Source of the DNA: an uncultured Lachnospiraceae bacterium
Lineage (GTDB): Bacteria; Bacillota; Clostridia; Lachnospirales; Lachnospiraceae
Assembly (NCBI GenBank): GCA_902781505.1
Contig: CACZJL010000007.1
Span: forward strand, 5,869 to 69,868
Direction of reading: 5' to 3'
DNA length: 64,000 bases
Shown one piece after another: positions 9,406 through 18,425 of this stretch; position 1 is the first letter of the stretch, and each line of letters begins with the position of its first letter. The translations under genes and the position numbers were made by a program. Below the pieces are notes generated by a model. The model searched no databases, was not told the DNA's origin, and was given only the letters and a program-made list of their open reading frames with translations.

Positions 9406-10071
9406 ATGAAAACAAAGAACAGAATCATTTCACTCATCGTTTTCTGGCTCATTTATGGCGCTTTGTTCATACTTGCTGAGCATTTTATTACGATGAGTAC
9501 CCCTGGAATCCACATTATGGATGTACCTCTCGATGAGAAAATCCCTTTCATTGAGCACTTTATCTATCCATATCTATTATGGTTTCCATTTATTGTCGCT
9601 TTGAATCTTACAATGCCATTTGTAAGTACTGCCAGAGAGTTCAAACAGTTCTTCGGTTTGCTTCTTGTAAGCATCGGAGTACTTTGTTTTTACTTTATCT
9701 ATCCAAATGCGCAGACACTCAGACCGGAAGGAATTCCGGACAATATCAGCGGCATGCTGATTGCGAGAATTGAAAAGACCGATAACCCGGCAAATGTCTT
9801 CCCAAGCCTGCACGTTTATATTTCATTTCTGCTTGCGGCGACCGTCTGCAACACGGAATGGTTCAGACAGTTTAAATGGTGTGCACCTGTTTCCATCGCT
9901 ATTGCTGCAGTAATTTCTGCATCAACGGTATTTGTAAAACAGCACTCCATAACCGATGTATTCGGTGGTCTGATTCTTTCAGTAATCGCAATCCTTGTCA
10001 TCGTTGTAATTCCAAATATCAAAAATAAGGCTGCAAACAAGTCTTCGGATGATTTTGAAGAAGCAGAATAA
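9406..10071 (+). CDS. PAP2-superfamily membrane phosphatase/transferase-like protein
   Basis: The polytopic membrane protein carries PAP2-type motifs FPSLHV and KQHSITDVFGG. Confidence 0.65.
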   Translation: MKTKNRIISLIVFWLIYGALFILAEHFITMSTPGIHIMDVPLDEKIPFIEHFIYPYLLWFPFIVALNLTMPFVSTAREFKQFFGLLLVSIGVLCFYFIYPNAQTLRPEGIPDNISGMLIARIEKTDNPANVFPSLHVYISFLLAATVCNTEWFRQFKWCAPVSIAIAAVISASTVFVKQHSITDVFGGLILSVIAILVIVVIPNIKNKAANKSSDDFEEAE

Positions 10072-10073
10072 AT

Positions 10074-10116
10074 AAAAACGCGGGAAGTACCAAATCCGGT
10101 ACTTCCCGCGTTTTTT
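10074..10116. terminator. Bidirectional rho-independent terminator
   Basis: A 13-bp stem pairs CGCGGGAAGTACC (10079-10091) with GGTACTTCCCGCG (10098-10110). An A-run precedes it and a T-run follows, and it sits between convergent genes. Confidence 0.85.
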
Positions 10117-10126
10117 AAAGAGGATA

Positions 10127-11920
10127 TTATTTATAATCTTTAATCATCATTCCAATCATGGATGCAAGGATGGATACACAATGCACCTCATATTCCGCCC
10201 ACTGAATAGATTCTCCGATGCGATCCATGACAATCAGGCCCTTTGGATTCTCTCTGTCACCGATTACATGCTGCAGAGTACCATTTACCTTCTCTTCACT
10301 GAGCATCGCATAGATTTTCGGTGCTACATCCCGGATATTTCCAATATATCCACTCTGGAAATAATCCTCCTCACCAAGAAGCTTTTTAAACTCCTCCGTG
10401 CGGATATAGGAAGCATCGGTAAGTTTCACATATCGATCTCCGTAGTGATACGCAATAGACAGACTGTCGCCTAAAAAGACGGTCATTCGGCTGACTCTCA
10501 TCCAGGACAGTAAAAACTCGGCCGCCTTTTCGATACCAAAGGAAAGGCCTTCCTTTTCTGTTATCTTTAAAATCGGATCCAGTTTTTTCAATACTTGAAT
10601 CTCTCTGGTATTCGTAGCAGATTCTTTTAAATCACCACTTGTATATTCATCAAACCATCTGCGATGCATATCATCGCGGTAGAATACATAACGGTCTCTG
10701 CCCTTCTGCTTTGCAAAATAAAGACAGAAATCCGCTTTCTTAAACAGTGCTTCGTAATTTTGAGCATCCGTCGGATACACTGCAGCACCTAAGGAGCAGG
10801 TGATGGAAAGCCCTCTCTGATCGTTTGCAAATTCCCATTTAACCTGTGTTCTGATAGCTCTTAAAATACTACGCAGCTGTAATTCATCCGGAACATTGGT
10901 AAGTACAATCAGAAATTCATCTCCACCGATTCGTCCAACCTGTCCGTCATTTCCAACTACCTTCTTTAAGATTCCACCAAACTTGCTCAGAACCTGGTCA
11001 CCATATAAATGGCCATAGGTATCATTCACCGATTTAAAATGATCCAGATCCGTTACCACAAGAACGGTTCTTGGCCGCTTTTCTTCAATCAGTGTCATAG
11101 CGTAATCCGTGATAGCCTTTTTGTTATAAACCTTTGTCAGATAATCAAATCGAAGTTCATCCATTAAAGGTTCTTCGGACTTCACGCCCTCATCATCATT
11201 TAAGGCGTAGATTCGTCCGATTACACACTTGTGGCCCACACCATCGTTGAACAGACAGCCGGCAAAATCAAGCATCTCATCAATCTTTCCTTCTGTCAGG
11301 ATAGAGCCCTTTAACTTAACAGAGAATTCAGCCAACTGATGCTTGCAGTAATACGCGAATGCATCAAGCTTACTCGCATCTTCTTCAACCACTTTATGAG
11401 TCTGAATCATCTGATTTACCCACTTATCAATATGCATGGAGTAGAGTGTTGTCATTGCATTGTGACTGTATCGATTAATCGTTAATAAGCCCGTTTTTTC
11501 TTCATACAAAAAGGTATAATCGTCTGTGATTCCAAGCAGAATCTGCATCTGCTGAACCTTGTTCTGAAGATTTTCAATACTCTCAACGACTCCCGCAACA
11601 TCGACCATTTCAAGATAGACGCTGTAATTCTCATTCTGTCTTCTGCTTTCCTTTGACAGAAGCGTCACCATGTTATAGCGATACTCCCCGGTAATGCACC
11701 GAAAACGGAATACCTCTTTTAATATTCCATGACCTGTGTATGACATGATAAATTCAACCAGACGATTCTTATCATCCGGGTGTACATACTCGTCAAGAGC
11801 CACACGCATATCACCAAAATACGTAGAAAAAGCACGATTGGTAACATTTGCCATAAAGGTTTCATCAATCGCAGCTTTCTTTTTTTCTGTGAAATTTATA
11901 TTTTTATCAATTGATTCCAT
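10127..11920 (-). CDS. Diguanylate cyclase (GGDEF) with N-terminal PAS-like and C-terminal GAF-like regions
   Basis: The central GGDEF domain includes DLDHFKSVNDTYGHLYGD and RIGGDEFLIV. About 280 aa of N-terminal and about 170 aa of C-terminal sequence are uncharacterised. No TM segment is visible. Confidence 0.85.
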   Translation of the reverse strand: MESIDKNINFTEKKKAAIDETFMANVTNRAFSTYFGDMRVALDEYVHPDDKNRLVEFIMSYTGHGILKEVFRFRCITGEYRYNMVTLLSKESRRQNENYSVYLEMVDVAGVVESIENLQNKVQQMQILLGITDDYTFLYEEKTGLLTINRYSHNAMTTLYSMHIDKWVNQMIQTHKVVEEDASKLDAFAYYCKHQLAEFSVKLKGSILTEGKIDEMLDFAGCLFNDGVGHKCVIGRIYALNDDEGVKSEEPLMDELRFDYLTKVYNKKAITDYAMTLIEEKRPRTVLVVTDLDHFKSVNDTYGHLYGDQVLSKFGGILKKVVGNDGQVGRIGGDEFLIVLTNVPDELQLRSILRAIRTQVKWEFANDQRGLSITCSLGAAVYPTDAQNYEALFKKADFCLYFAKQKGRDRYVFYRDDMHRRWFDEYTSGDLKESATNTREIQVLKKLDPILKITEKEGLSFGIEKAAEFLLSWMRVSRMTVFLGDSLSIAYHYGDRYVKLTDASYIRTEEFKKLLGEEDYFQSGYIGNIRDVAPKIYAMLSEEKVNGTLQHVIGDRENPKGLIVMDRIGESIQWAEYEVHCVSILASMIGMMIKDYK

Positions 11921-12028
11921 AGTTAATCTAACCCCCTATTTTCATATAACTTCCAACTGGTATACTAGGGTTGGTATATACCAAAAATTACATTTAAACA
12001 AGTGTTAAATAGTTAGTTTTACGAGTAT

Positions 12029-13576
12029 TTAAGGCATTCTTGCACTTTGACAGGTGAGATATATAACCTGTCGGTCTTCTCCCTGATCAAGCAGAAATTC
12101 CAGAGCCTGCTCCGTCAGCGCATCATCCAGATTCGTAAACGGATCATCCAGAATCAGAAATGGCCGGTTCTCCTTAAATACGCCATCTACAAAAGCCATT
12201 CTCTCGGCAAATAAAATCAGATCTCTTTTTCCTGTGCTGTAGTAATCAAGTTCACGTAAGATTCCGTTCTCGCGCAGTGCAATTGTGTAATCTCCTGTCA
12301 TTTCAACCTGAATCTGTTCTCCCGTGCCAAACAGATTCAGATATCGGTTGAGATTCCTTGCAATCAACCTTGATGCCTGAGCGCCCGCCTGAGCCACCGC
12401 CTTCTCAAGCAATTCTTTGGTAGTGACAAGCAGGAAATACCGCTTTTCAAGCTCTGAAAGCTCCGATTTTTTCTGGATGTACTCCTCTTTCAAATCATTC
12501 AGCTCAGCCTTACTTTTTCTGGCCTCACCAGCCAGATAATCTCTCATCCTGGAATGCCTTTCCTCAAGCCTCTTTTCCGCCGATTCCACCTTCATCTCTT
12601 CTTCTCTTCTCACTGCGTGATGTACGCCGATTGATGAAAAGACAACCGCCAGCAGAAATGCGCTGATTCCGGAAAAAACAAAAAACGCCGGTCCGCCAAT
12701 CTGAAAATAAAACAATAAAGCACCGATTCCGCCAGAGAAAACTGCAAGCAGAATTAACTTTCCTCTAAAGGACCCTGCTTTTCTTTCATGACGTTCATCC
12801 TCTTCTTCGTATCCGTCCTCATATTCATCCAGAGATGTATCGAATCCTTCTTCCTCCGGTTCGGTTTCACTCCTGAGCTGCTCCTGCTCAATCTGTTCTT
12901 CTAATGCTTCCTTCTGTCTTCGAATTCTCGCCTTGATTTCTTCTGCCTGTGTTTCGATTTCCGTCAGACGCGCTCTTGTTTCAGGAATCATTCCGCGATT
13001 ACCGCTTCTTTTTAAAACTTTGATTTCTTTGGTAAGTCTCTCTACGGCCTCCTTTGCGCGAGCCATATCAGGGTCTGGGTTCAAAGAGGCTGAGACTTTT
13101 GCTCCAAGATTTCCATCCATCTTAAGGCCTGTTGAATCAGACGCAGGATGGTCACTTGACAGACAGAGCGTTGATTCAAAGCCTTCCTTGCTGATTCCAA
13201 GCATCGTCTCACCGGGAACTTCTCCCAGTGCTGTCGTAATCAGACCGGTCTCAAGCTCCGTCACTCTCAGCGTATCTTCTCGTTCAAGTGTGGCAAATGT
13301 CCTCTCAATCCGGTAGCTGACACCTCTGTAACGGACAATCATAGAACCGCCAAATGTACCGCCGTTCCACGGTTTAAACTTCTTTCTCTCCGCATCCGCA
13401 AGGGTTTTATAATTTCTGTTTGGTGCAAGGCCATAAAGCATGGCACGAATAAAAGCCGTAATTGTGGACTTTCCGGCACCATTTTCCGCGAGAATCGCAT
13501 TGAGTCCCGGCTCAAACTCTCTGGAATAATTGTTCAGCCGTCCAAACGAGGAAATCTCGATTTTCTCAATAAACAT
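12029..13576 (-). CDS. SbcC/Rad50-like AAA ATPase (YhaN/SbcE-like) with a central transmembrane hairpin
   Basis: The N-terminal Walker A motif (ENGAGKST) follows MFIEKIEISSFGRL. Coiled-coil-like E/K/R-rich arms and an acidic stretch are present, plus two hydrophobic helices (LILLAVFSGGIGALLFYF and AFFVFSGISAFLLAVVFSSIGV). The C-terminus has Walker B FLILDDPFTNLDD. I chose the start at 13576, which overlaps the upstream stop by 11 nt (ATGTTTATTGA). Confidence 0.8.
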   Translation of the reverse strand: MFIEKIEISSFGRLNNYSREFEPGLNAILAENGAGKSTITAFIRAMLYGLAPNRNYKTLADAERKKFKPWNGGTFGGSMIVRYRGVSYRIERTFATLEREDTLRVTELETGLITTALGEVPGETMLGISKEGFESTLCLSSDHPASDSTGLKMDGNLGAKVSASLNPDPDMARAKEAVERLTKEIKVLKRSGNRGMIPETRARLTEIETQAEEIKARIRRQKEALEEQIEQEQLRSETEPEEEGFDTSLDEYEDGYEEEDERHERKAGSFRGKLILLAVFSGGIGALLFYFQIGGPAFFVFSGISAFLLAVVFSSIGVHHAVRREEEMKVESAEKRLEERHSRMRDYLAGEARKSKAELNDLKEEYIQKKSELSELEKRYFLLVTTKELLEKAVAQAGAQASRLIARNLNRYLNLFGTGEQIQVEMTGDYTIALRENGILRELDYYSTGKRDLILFAERMAFVDGVFKENRPFLILDDPFTNLDDALTEQALEFLLDQGEDRQVIYLTCQSARMP

Positions 13577-14888
13577 CGTCCGTTTCCTCCCCGCCCGATT
13601 TCTCAAAGTCACGCATTCCATCAAGCGCCGCGAGCTCGTCTCTTCCATCGAGCGCTGCAAGTCCCAGCCGGATCACCGCTCTTTTTTCTTCCAAACTCAG
13701 GTCCGCTACACTCACTATATCCTTAAAGCAGGTGCGAAGTGAGAGATTATTGCCGACATATCCGCTGTTCCGTTCCGACATTGCTTTCCGCCCTGCCGCC
13801 GGCGCGTGTACCGTTGTCACTTTCCGCACACCGCTCACATCGACGCGAAAAGGGCTCTCTTTGGATTGCACGCCGCTCACATCGACGCGGACTGCATAAA
13901 AGCTGTCTGCAATCAGGCTTTCTGTCTCAGTCCGAGTTGGCACACGATTCGCGTCACCCTCCCAGGTTCCGACAAGTTTCAACAATAAAAGATCGCGCGA
14001 GTTCGCTTCTGAGGCAGCGAGCAGAATCCGCTTCTTCAAATCCGGCATGGTCTCTATGCCCTGTACATTCACTGTAACCTGAACGCAGGTTCTCTTGCCT
14101 GTCCGAATGAAACTGAGATTCTTTGAATCCGTGTCGTAAACACACACACCTTTAGGTCCCAATTCGTCAAAGCCCCTGCACTCAGGAGAGCCAGGATATG
14201 CTGCCTTCAGCCTCTTATCAAGCTTAAAGATTCTCGATTCATGGATATGACCGAGTGCCAGCAGATCCAGGCCGCGGTTTACTATCTCACTGAAGGGAAT
14301 TCTTGTGCCATCTGTAAACACGAAACCGCCAGAGGTCCGTGCCATGACATCTGCACTGGCGATACCGACCTCTGCTCCGGCGGAGCTAGCGGCGGCAACG
14401 CCACTTACAGTTCCATGCATTACAAGGATGTTCACCGTGTCCCTTAAGAATGTCATCTGTCTCAGTTCTGAAGCGGTCTGCGCAGCGTAAAGAACAGTGC
14501 GCCCGAATGAATACGCCTTGCCTCCCTGCATCAGACATACATTTGCCGGGAGCGTGGCGCCACTAAAAGCAGATAAATCGTGAGTGCCGGAAGGCATTAG
14601 GGAATCAAACACTCCGGTATCATGATTTCCCGGAAGTACAAAAAAACGCACACGAGGTGCGTCTTTTATCGCAGTCAGAAAACGGCGCAAAAGGACAGCC
14701 GGAGGATGCGGTGTGTCAAAAACATCACCCGCAAGAATCATCCCTGCCACGTTGTTGCAGACACAGCTCTTAACGAGCTTTTCAAAGCTCTCCATGATTT
14801 CTTCGCTGCGAATCCTCGCCTGTTCTGTATTAAAATTTGTTGTAAGTGCGGAACCTAAATGCAAATCCGCAGTCAAAATAAGTCGCAT
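13566..14888 (-). CDS. SbcD/Mre11-like metallophosphoesterase (YhaO/SbcF-like DNA repair exonuclease)
   Basis: Calcineurin-like phosphoesterase motifs are present: TADLHLG, LAGDVFD, LPGNHD and LGHIH. The gene directly precedes and overlaps the ATPase gene. Confidence 0.8.
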   Translation of the reverse strand: MRLILTADLHLGSALTTNFNTEQARIRSEEIMESFEKLVKSCVCNNVAGMILAGDVFDTPHPPAVLLRRFLTAIKDAPRVRFFVLPGNHDTGVFDSLMPSGTHDLSAFSGATLPANVCLMQGGKAYSFGRTVLYAAQTASELRQMTFLRDTVNILVMHGTVSGVAAASSAGAEVGIASADVMARTSGGFVFTDGTRIPFSEIVNRGLDLLALGHIHESRIFKLDKRLKAAYPGSPECRGFDELGPKGVCVYDTDSKNLSFIRTGKRTCVQVTVNVQGIETMPDLKKRILLAASEANSRDLLLLKLVGTWEGDANRVPTRTETESLIADSFYAVRVDVSGVQSKESPFRVDVSGVRKVTTVHAPAAGRKAMSERNSGYVGNNLSLRTCFKDIVSVADLSLEEKRAVIRLGLAALDGRDELAALDGMRDFEKSGGEETDDVY

Positions 14889-14967
14889 AACACTCCCATT
14901 TTAAACAATCCGGCGTCACCGCAATGGCCGCAACTTTTGCACTCCGTAAATATTTGCAGTGTCGCTG

Positions 14968-15804
14968 TTACAGGATATCCACCAGCTCAGATGGCTTGTC
15001 GATGATTGTCTTTGCCCCTGCTTCTTTTAAAAATTCTCTTCCACGGAATCCCCAGCTGACAGTGACGCAGTCACAGCCAACACTATTCGCAAACATTAAA
15101 TCTACGTCAGAATCACCGACATAGAGAACATTCTTTGCATTCACATGCAGCTTCTTCGCTGTTAAAAGGAACATATCCGGCGCCGGCTTCTTTGCAACAC
15201 CGTCATGCTGACCCACTGTCAGCCCGATTTTGCCCTTAAAGACTGTCTGAATCAGACTCTTTGCCGCTTCCTCGTTCTTATTCGTAATCACGGCCATCGG
15301 ATACCCTTTGCCATGTACTGCCGTTAACATTGCCTGAACACCGACATAAGCTTTTGTTTCCTCAAGGCAATGCTCTGTGTAGTACGACTTAAATGCCGCA
15401 AAAACTTCTTCCGTCTTCTCAGGTGCAGTTCCTTCAGGGACTGCACGTTCAATCAGAAGATGAATGCCATTTCCAACAAACTGTCTTACCTCATCCATGG
15501 AACGCTTCGGCATGCCAGCAGCTTCAAGGCTGACATTCACCGCATTTTTAAGGTCAGCAAGCGTATCAAGGAGCGTTCCGTCAAGATCAAAGAACACCGC
15601 CTCATACTTCTTCTCCTTCGCATCTACAGGAGAGTCGCACTCTCTCGCCCCGGCCTTATAGCTTTCGCAATAGTCATGGCTTGCGCACGAAGCGCATCCA
15701 AACAGAGTTTCTTCCCCGCCATGCAGTTTCTGATACGCCGTATATATAGCAAGAAAAATCCCCATAATTGCTAAAAGCAGCACGGTTCCAATAATTACAT
15801 TCAT
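14968..15804 (-). CDS. HAD-superfamily phosphatase (Gph-like) with an N-terminal TM + Cys-cluster anchor
   Basis: HAD motif I is FFDLDGTLLDT, and VGDSDVDL appears later. About 65 N-terminal residues, MNVIIGTVLLLAIMGIFLAIYTAYQKLHGGEETLFGCASCASHDYCESYKAGARECDSP, resemble FeoB-associated Cys-rich membrane proteins. Confidence 0.8.
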   Translation of the reverse strand: MNVIIGTVLLLAIMGIFLAIYTAYQKLHGGEETLFGCASCASHDYCESYKAGARECDSPVDAKEKKYEAVFFDLDGTLLDTLADLKNAVNVSLEAAGMPKRSMDEVRQFVGNGIHLLIERAVPEGTAPEKTEEVFAAFKSYYTEHCLEETKAYVGVQAMLTAVHGKGYPMAVITNKNEEAAKSLIQTVFKGKIGLTVGQHDGVAKKPAPDMFLLTAKKLHVNAKNVLYVGDSDVDLMFANSVGCDCVTVSWGFRGREFLKEAGAKTIIDKPSELVDIL

Positions 15805-15807
15805 AGT

Positions 15808-16974
15808 TTAATCCTTTACACTTTTATTCTTCATCGATTCGTACATTTTCGAAAATTCCGTAATCACATGATCATTTCTCACATTCACGTATTCCTTATA
15901 AAGCTGGGCAAATGTACCAAAGACCAGCCCGCGTTTCTCAGGTGTCAGCCCGTTCAGCATTTTTAAAGACGCTCCCGCACTCTTAAACACGGCGGTATTG
16001 ATATCCGTCAGTGTCAGTGCGCCGCTTGCCTGAACCACGGCAAATACCTCATCAATGAACTGCTTTCGCTTCTCCGGTTCAATCTCGTAACACCATTTAT
16101 TAATGGCCTTGTTCCAGATTCGGCTCTTAGCAGACAGATGGTCGGTATAGACAAAATCCGGACCTTCTACCCGCCAGCTGAGAGCATCGTGTTGCATGAT
16201 GCCTGTTTCAGATGACTCGACAATGCGGTAATCTGCCTCCGTCTGCATCAGCATGCCCACAACCGAGAACTGTGGCACGATTTTGATAATCTTTCGCTTC
16301 AGATCGTCATGGCTGTTTTCAAGCTCCTCTGAAGATAGAAATCCCGGACCGTCATTATCATAGATTTTACTGATTCGCTTCTGAATGGATAAATCCACGT
16401 TCAGAGCCGCATAAACCGCAAGATTTCCGCCTTTTGAATGCCCGCCAATTCTTATCTTCCTTCCGGGATTCTCTTCGGCCGCTGACTTTAAATACTTCAC
16501 AGCTTCCGTCTGCGCCGGAACAGGCGTTAAAAAGCTCATATTGAAATTTTCCTTCCAGCCAACGAGTGTATCATCCGTTCCCTGAAAAGCGACGAAAATA
16601 TAGCCATCCGGCAGCAGAAACGTCACCGCAGAGAACTGAATCTCACGGTCCGTATCTACAATTTTAACATAATCCACAAGACGGATATTCTTAAAACGCT
16701 TTGACTTTCCTGCCTCTCTTAACAAATATGGTGATTTCGCAATAAAACTCTTATCGCTTTCGATCTCCTGAATCGTTGTCCTGGCAAAGTACTCCTTTGC
16801 CGCCTCTTCCATCGTAACAACCTTCATATCACCGCTCGCAGGAGCGATTCCTTCAAAGGTCACATACGCAATCTGAGACAGAATCAGATTATCGACCACA
16901 TTAAACGCAGATTGATGGAAAGACAGATCACCTCTCCAACGTACATAATCACAAATATTAGCCAAAGCACCCAC
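15808..16974 (-). CDS. Mbeg1-like (DUF2974) alpha/beta-hydrolase-fold protein
   Basis: The nucleophile-elbow-like motif GGHSKGGNLAVYAA and the overall layout are typical of the DUF2974 family. The start is uncertain: GTG at 16974, or a nearby TTG after GAGGTG. Confidence 0.6.
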   Translation of the reverse strand: MGALANICDYVRWRGDLSFHQSAFNVVDNLILSQIAYVTFEGIAPASGDMKVVTMEEAAKEYFARTTIQEIESDKSFIAKSPYLLREAGKSKRFKNIRLVDYVKIVDTDREIQFSAVTFLLPDGYIFVAFQGTDDTLVGWKENFNMSFLTPVPAQTEAVKYLKSAAEENPGRKIRIGGHSKGGNLAVYAALNVDLSIQKRISKIYDNDGPGFLSSEELENSHDDLKRKIIKIVPQFSVVGMLMQTEADYRIVESSETGIMQHDALSWRVEGPDFVYTDHLSAKSRIWNKAINKWCYEIEPEKRKQFIDEVFAVVQASGALTLTDINTAVFKSAGASLKMLNGLTPEKRGLVFGTFAQLYKEYVNVRNDHVITEFSKMYESMKNKSVKD

Positions 16975-17060
16975 CTCATTTCAATCGCCGGACCAATCGC
17001 CTATCCGTATTATACGGCAAATGCCTGCTTCACGGCAAGTGCCGGCGCTTCGGTGCCCTT

Positions 17061-17094
17061 AAAACACAAAAGCACATCCGTTACAGGATGTGCT
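17061..17094 (-). terminator. Terminator downstream of the tRNA-Gly pair
   Basis: A 9-bp stem pairs AGCACATCC (17071-17079) with GGATGTGCT (17086-17094). On the minus strand it is followed by TTTGTGTTTT. Confidence 0.7.
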
Positions 17095-17104
17095 TTAAAC
17101 AGAG

Positions 17105-17176
<72 letters not shown>

Positions 17177-17223
17177 ATTAAAAAAATGTGATTCAAATCT
17201 TTCCAAAAGAATTTTGAATCAAG

Positions 17224-17295
<72 letters not shown>

Positions 17296-17371
17296 ATATC
17301 TCGTATTCTCAATACTGCACTCAAAGCCTTGTCTTTAGCGGCTTGCGTTTCGTATTTCGAACACGAGTAGT

Positions 17372-17400
17372 ATATTACAATAGGCAACCTGCATTGTCAA
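17372..17400 (-). promoter_or_regulatory. Strong sigma-A-like promoter of the tRNA-Gly pair
   Basis: On the minus strand I read TTGACA (17395-17400), a 17-nt spacer, and TAATAT (17372-17377). An A/T-rich UP-like tract lies upstream. Confidence 0.6.
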
Positions 17401-17445
17401 CACTATTTTTTAAAATTTTCAAATTTTTTTTGAAAATTTCTACAA

Positions 17446-18327
17446 TTACTCTTCTTCACGCTCCGGAAGCCAGGAAGATACTGTAACTGCGAGAGATCCG
17501 TATCCAATGTGGCATGCAATAGAAAGCGGCAAAGGATCCATGTGAACCGGATAATTTGGGAATTCTTCCTGAATCACTTCTTTCCATGCATCTGCAATTT
17601 CCGGTGTGCAGGTATGTGCGCCGGCAATATGAATCCTGCCTTTCGCATCCGCATCCGCAAATCTGGTCTCCAAATCTGAATGAATCGCTTTCAGCATTAA
17701 CTTTTTCGCTGTAGCAAGACCTCTTGCCTTGGCAAATGCATCAAGCTTTTCACCCTGAATCTGTAAAACAGGCTTGATATTTAAAATCGTGCCGACTGCT
17801 GCCGCAGCTGGTGTGATTCTTCCGCCCTTCTTTAAGTACTTTAATGTATCAACCGTAATATAAATACTTGAATTAAAACGGTCCTCTTCTAGTTTAGCTC
17901 TGATTTCTTCGGCACCAAATCCCTTATCTCTTAACAGAACCGCATCAAGTGCGGACTGTCTCTGAGTTACGGAAATTCTCTGGTTATTGACAACCTGTAC
18001 CTTCCCATCATAATCATTTGCTAACATCGTTGCAGTCTGACAGGTACCGGAAAGTCCTGAAGACATTGGGATATAAACAACCTCATCATGGTCCTTTAAC
18101 AATTCATCGAATACATCCTGAATCTCGCCGACTGATGGCTGAGATGTAGATACTTCTGCGTCCTGCTTTAAATATTCATAGAACTGTTCATGAGTGAGAT
18201 CCTTGCCTTCAAAGTACTGCTTTCCATTAATAAACATCGGCATTGCAAGTAAGTGAACACCGTGTTTTTCTGCGTCCTCTGATGTCATTCCGCAATTGCT
18301 GTCTGCTACAATTGCAATTGACTTCAT
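17446..18327 (-). CDS. DegV family fatty-acid-binding protein
   Basis: DegV signatures TSQPS, SSGLSGT and YLKKGGRI are present in a 293-aa product. Confidence 0.9.
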   Translation of the reverse strand: MKSIAIVADSNCGMTSEDAEKHGVHLLAMPMFINGKQYFEGKDLTHEQFYEYLKQDAEVSTSQPSVGEIQDVFDELLKDHDEVVYIPMSSGLSGTCQTATMLANDYDGKVQVVNNQRISVTQRQSALDAVLLRDKGFGAEEIRAKLEEDRFNSSIYITVDTLKYLKKGGRITPAAAAVGTILNIKPVLQIQGEKLDAFAKARGLATAKKLMLKAIHSDLETRFADADAKGRIHIAGAHTCTPEIADAWKEVIQEEFPNYPVHMDPLPLSIACHIGYGSLAVTVSSWLPEREEE

Positions 18328-18359
18328 ACTTAATCTCCTGTTTTTAAAATCTTTGTCTA

Positions 18360-18388
18360 TTGTATCGTAGATTTCGTTTTGCTACAAT
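18360..18388 (+). promoter_or_regulatory. Candidate promoter of the GNAT gene
   Basis: I read TTGTAT (18360-18365), a 17-nt spacer, and an extended -10 TGcTACAAT whose hexamer is at 18383-18388. Confidence 0.45.
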
Positions 18389-18425
18389 ACTTTTAGTTAA
18401 TTATTGGTTAGATAAAGGGGTAAAA

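Noticed and set aside
13826-13889. A 22-nt direct repeat (GCACRCCGCTCACATCGACGCG) with 42-nt periodicity
   Set aside because: It lies inside the SbcD-like coding frame and simply encodes a duplicated peptide (RVDVSGV twice). It is an in-frame coding duplication, not a regulatory repeat or CRISPR-like unit.
17416-17444. An A/T-only inverted repeat ATTTTCAAA-N-TTTGAAAAT after degV, considered as a terminator
   Set aside because: The stem contains no G-C pairs and the repeat overlaps the UP-like tract of the tRNA promoter. It may contribute to termination, but I cannot support a call.
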